A DNA stretch of 64,000 bases, taken from the NCBI GenBank assembly GCA_030390025.1, contig JASTWF010000036.1, positions 2,730,001-2,794,000 of the forward strand. The letters run 5' to 3'. Both the position numbers and the translations under genes were made by a program. Source of the DNA: Squalus acanthias (taxonomy: Eukaryota). Below the pieces are notes generated by a model. The model made no database searches, was not told the DNA's origin, and worked only from the letters and a program-made list of their open reading frames with translations. Each line of letters begins with the position of its first letter. Positions within the stretch are counted from its first letter, which is position 1. This document shows positions 61,613 through 64,000 of this stretch, in pieces.

Positions 61613-63479
61613 CAGCTGGACTTAAAATAAGTGACATATTTCCAACTTCATAATCATATGGTGATTCCTTGAGTGTCTGTTTAATTGTGGCTAAAACTGT
61701 AATCTTTGAACTAGATCCTCCCTCTGACTCTAAAACGCCCTCAATAATATCGTTCACCATCTGACCGTTTCAGAAAACGCACGCAAGAAGTAGTGAAGGC
61801 TAAGCCACCCACACAAAGCCAGCTGGGTCGTTCTTTACATGTGCAAATTGGGGTCTGATGAGGTCAATGGGCCTCGACTGCGATTTTAACGCAAACCGTT
61901 TTCAAGTTCTGGCCTTGACTGCCGCTGGCGAGCTATGGGTGCCAAGCAGGTGCCCCGCTTCAACTCACCGGTTGTGGGAGGGTGGCAAATTGGCCAATTC
62001 CCACTCTGAGCCAGAAGGTTGGGCCTGGAAAGATGAAGCCAATCCTAGAGAGGGTCGAGCACGAGCTGGCAGCGGCACGCAGTAATTTTTCTGAAGCCAG
62101 GAGAAGTTTGGGGCCTTTTCTTGAACAGCTACCAGTAGTCCCTTTATGGACTGATGGTTAGGCCGCTCAATGCCTGGTACAAATGGACAGAGCGTGTGCG
62201 GCGGCATGCTCCGCCCATTCGTACCTGAAGATTGCAAACGGAGTCCTACAACTGGCATAGAGCCCGGATTTAAGCTGCCTCCTGCCCAAAACTGAGCATA
62301 CTACTCGCCCATTTATAGGCCCGTCTGAAAACTGCATCAGGTGGGTCTTGGGCATCACTGGGGTGCCGCTCTCTAATTTTCAACTGCTGGCTGCCTGTTT
62401 TTCAGATGAGAAGGGGGCGGCCGGCTATTGAAAATTTCCTTCATTGTCTCTAGGTGTTCCAGAACTTTCCCAGAGACCAGGCACTCTGACTCCTGCTTCA
62501 TTGTCTTCCTCCTCCCCTCCTCAAACCTTTTGTGAAGAGCAGCGAGACATTCCATTGTGATTTCCAGTAACCCCTCGTGTCTGACATGGTCTGAACTGAA
62601 ACACCACAACAAATCAGATACACATCATACATTTTGTCCTATTCCAGCCTTTGTGGTACCAAGATTGCTGGAGCAGCATTTCAGAACTAAATAACATCCA
62701 CAGATTTCAGCTACTCATGGTCATTCCACAAAACAAACTTTAGCTTCTTAAAGTCTCTCAAATTTCACTTCTGATATACCGCATCACAAACAGACTGAGA
62801 TCTGATTGTCAGTGGCAGAGAGCTTCAAGATAACGTCCCATGGGTTGTTACAGCTGGAGCAGAAAATGGCAGGGAAAACCTTTTTGCTGGCTGCCCACCA
62901 CTCCTCGCCACTTCCAGTATTTCTCGCCGGAAGTGACATCGGGTGTTCAATATGTCCACCCAAATATGAACAGGCATATAGAAATAATGTGCAAGTGATG
63001 GGAGTACATCAGACAACGTATTTACCATCATTTGCGCCAAAATGTAACGTCTCCACTGCATTTTACACCGTGTCGCCCAAGAGTCAAGCACTAAAGTTTC
63101 AAAGCTTACTCACATGACTTTATTGGGATGTCAATTTCCTTCCTCTTTAAAATCCCATTTTTATTTTAGTAAAACCTAACAAAAACCTGGATCACACACC
63201 AGTAAAGAATTACTCGACACTCGACAGACACTTGTTCCCACTTGAATGAGAACCTGAAATGATTGCTCAAAGCAAGTCTTTGGGGATTTATTTCTTCCAT
63301 TTCTCTCTCACACTGATGGATTTGCGCTGCTACACAGGAATAACTCTTTACAGCTCTCTATTCACTTGCTGACATTGTCTCTGCTGATTTCCTCCCCATC
63401 GTATTTACTATTTCTTGAAGTCTCAGAGCATATGCAGCAAATGGGGATCAGTGGTTTTCACATTATTCTGCGTAACGAC

Positions 63480-64000
63480 AAATACTGACACACTCCCAGA
63501 GACCCCCGTAAATATTGACACACTCCCAGAGAACCCCCTGTAAATACTGACACACTCCCGAGGACCCCCTGTAAATACTGACACATGCCCAGGGACCCCC
63601 TGTAAATACCGACACACTCCTGGGGACCCCCTGTAAATACTGACACACTCCCGGGGACCCCCTGTAAATACTGACACACTCCCGGGGACCCCCTGTAAAT
63701 ACTGACACACTCCCGGGACCCCCTGTACATACTGACACACTCCCGGGGACCCCCTGTGAATACTGACACACTCCCGGGGACACACTGTTAAAACTGGCAC
63801 ACTCCCGGGGACCCCCTGTAAATACTGACACACTCCCGGGGACCCCCTGTAAATACGGACACACTCCCGGGGACCCCCTGTAAATACTGACACACTCCCG
63901 GGGACTCCCTGCAAATACTGACACACTCCCCGGGACCCCCTGTACATACTGACACTCTCCCCGGGACACCCTGTAAATACTGACACACTCCCGGGGACCC
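63480..64000 (+). repeat. Minisatellite, ~31-bp unit, ~17 copies, runs off the window end
   Basis: Unit TGTAAATACTGACACACTCCCGGGGACCCCC. Confidence 0.95.

Noticed and set aside
63423..63988. 187-aa and 168-aa repetitive ORFs
   Set aside because: Translations of the 31-bp minisatellite.

Overview
Vertebrate genomic DNA, most likely a shark or other elasmobranch (inferred from an HE1-like V-SINE, SacSINE1-like Deu-SINEs and shark-type CR1 tails). The only recognisable host gene is a fidgetin-family AAA ATPase, most similar to FIGNL2. Its coding exon lies on the minus strand (ATG 32283, stop 30061) behind a clear splice acceptor; no upstream exon is identifiable in the window. Most of the rest is transposon-derived: CR1 and L2 LINEs, tRNA-derived SINEs, many PIF/Harbinger elements and MITEs with 3-bp TSDs, a Tigger-like MITE, Penelope-type fragments with hammerhead cores, two minisatellites, and a decayed retrovirus-like provirus. 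Most interesting signals: (1) a 3.1-kb ORF1-less EN-RT LINE (6650-9737) that starts with a tRNA-derived SINE head, has no TTTT on its sense strand until its 3' end, lacks an in-frame AUG, and has a matching head+tail SINE in the window - a candidate Pol III-transcribed LINE; (2) a provirus relic ordered integrase > splice acceptors > Ig V-like ORF > class I fusion-type env; (3) a four-level nest SINE<CR1<Harbinger MITE<Harbinger, whose innermost element keeps its Myb/SANT gene but has lost the transposase core. All calls were made by eye; repeat boundaries are approximate unless TIR/TSD coordinates are given.
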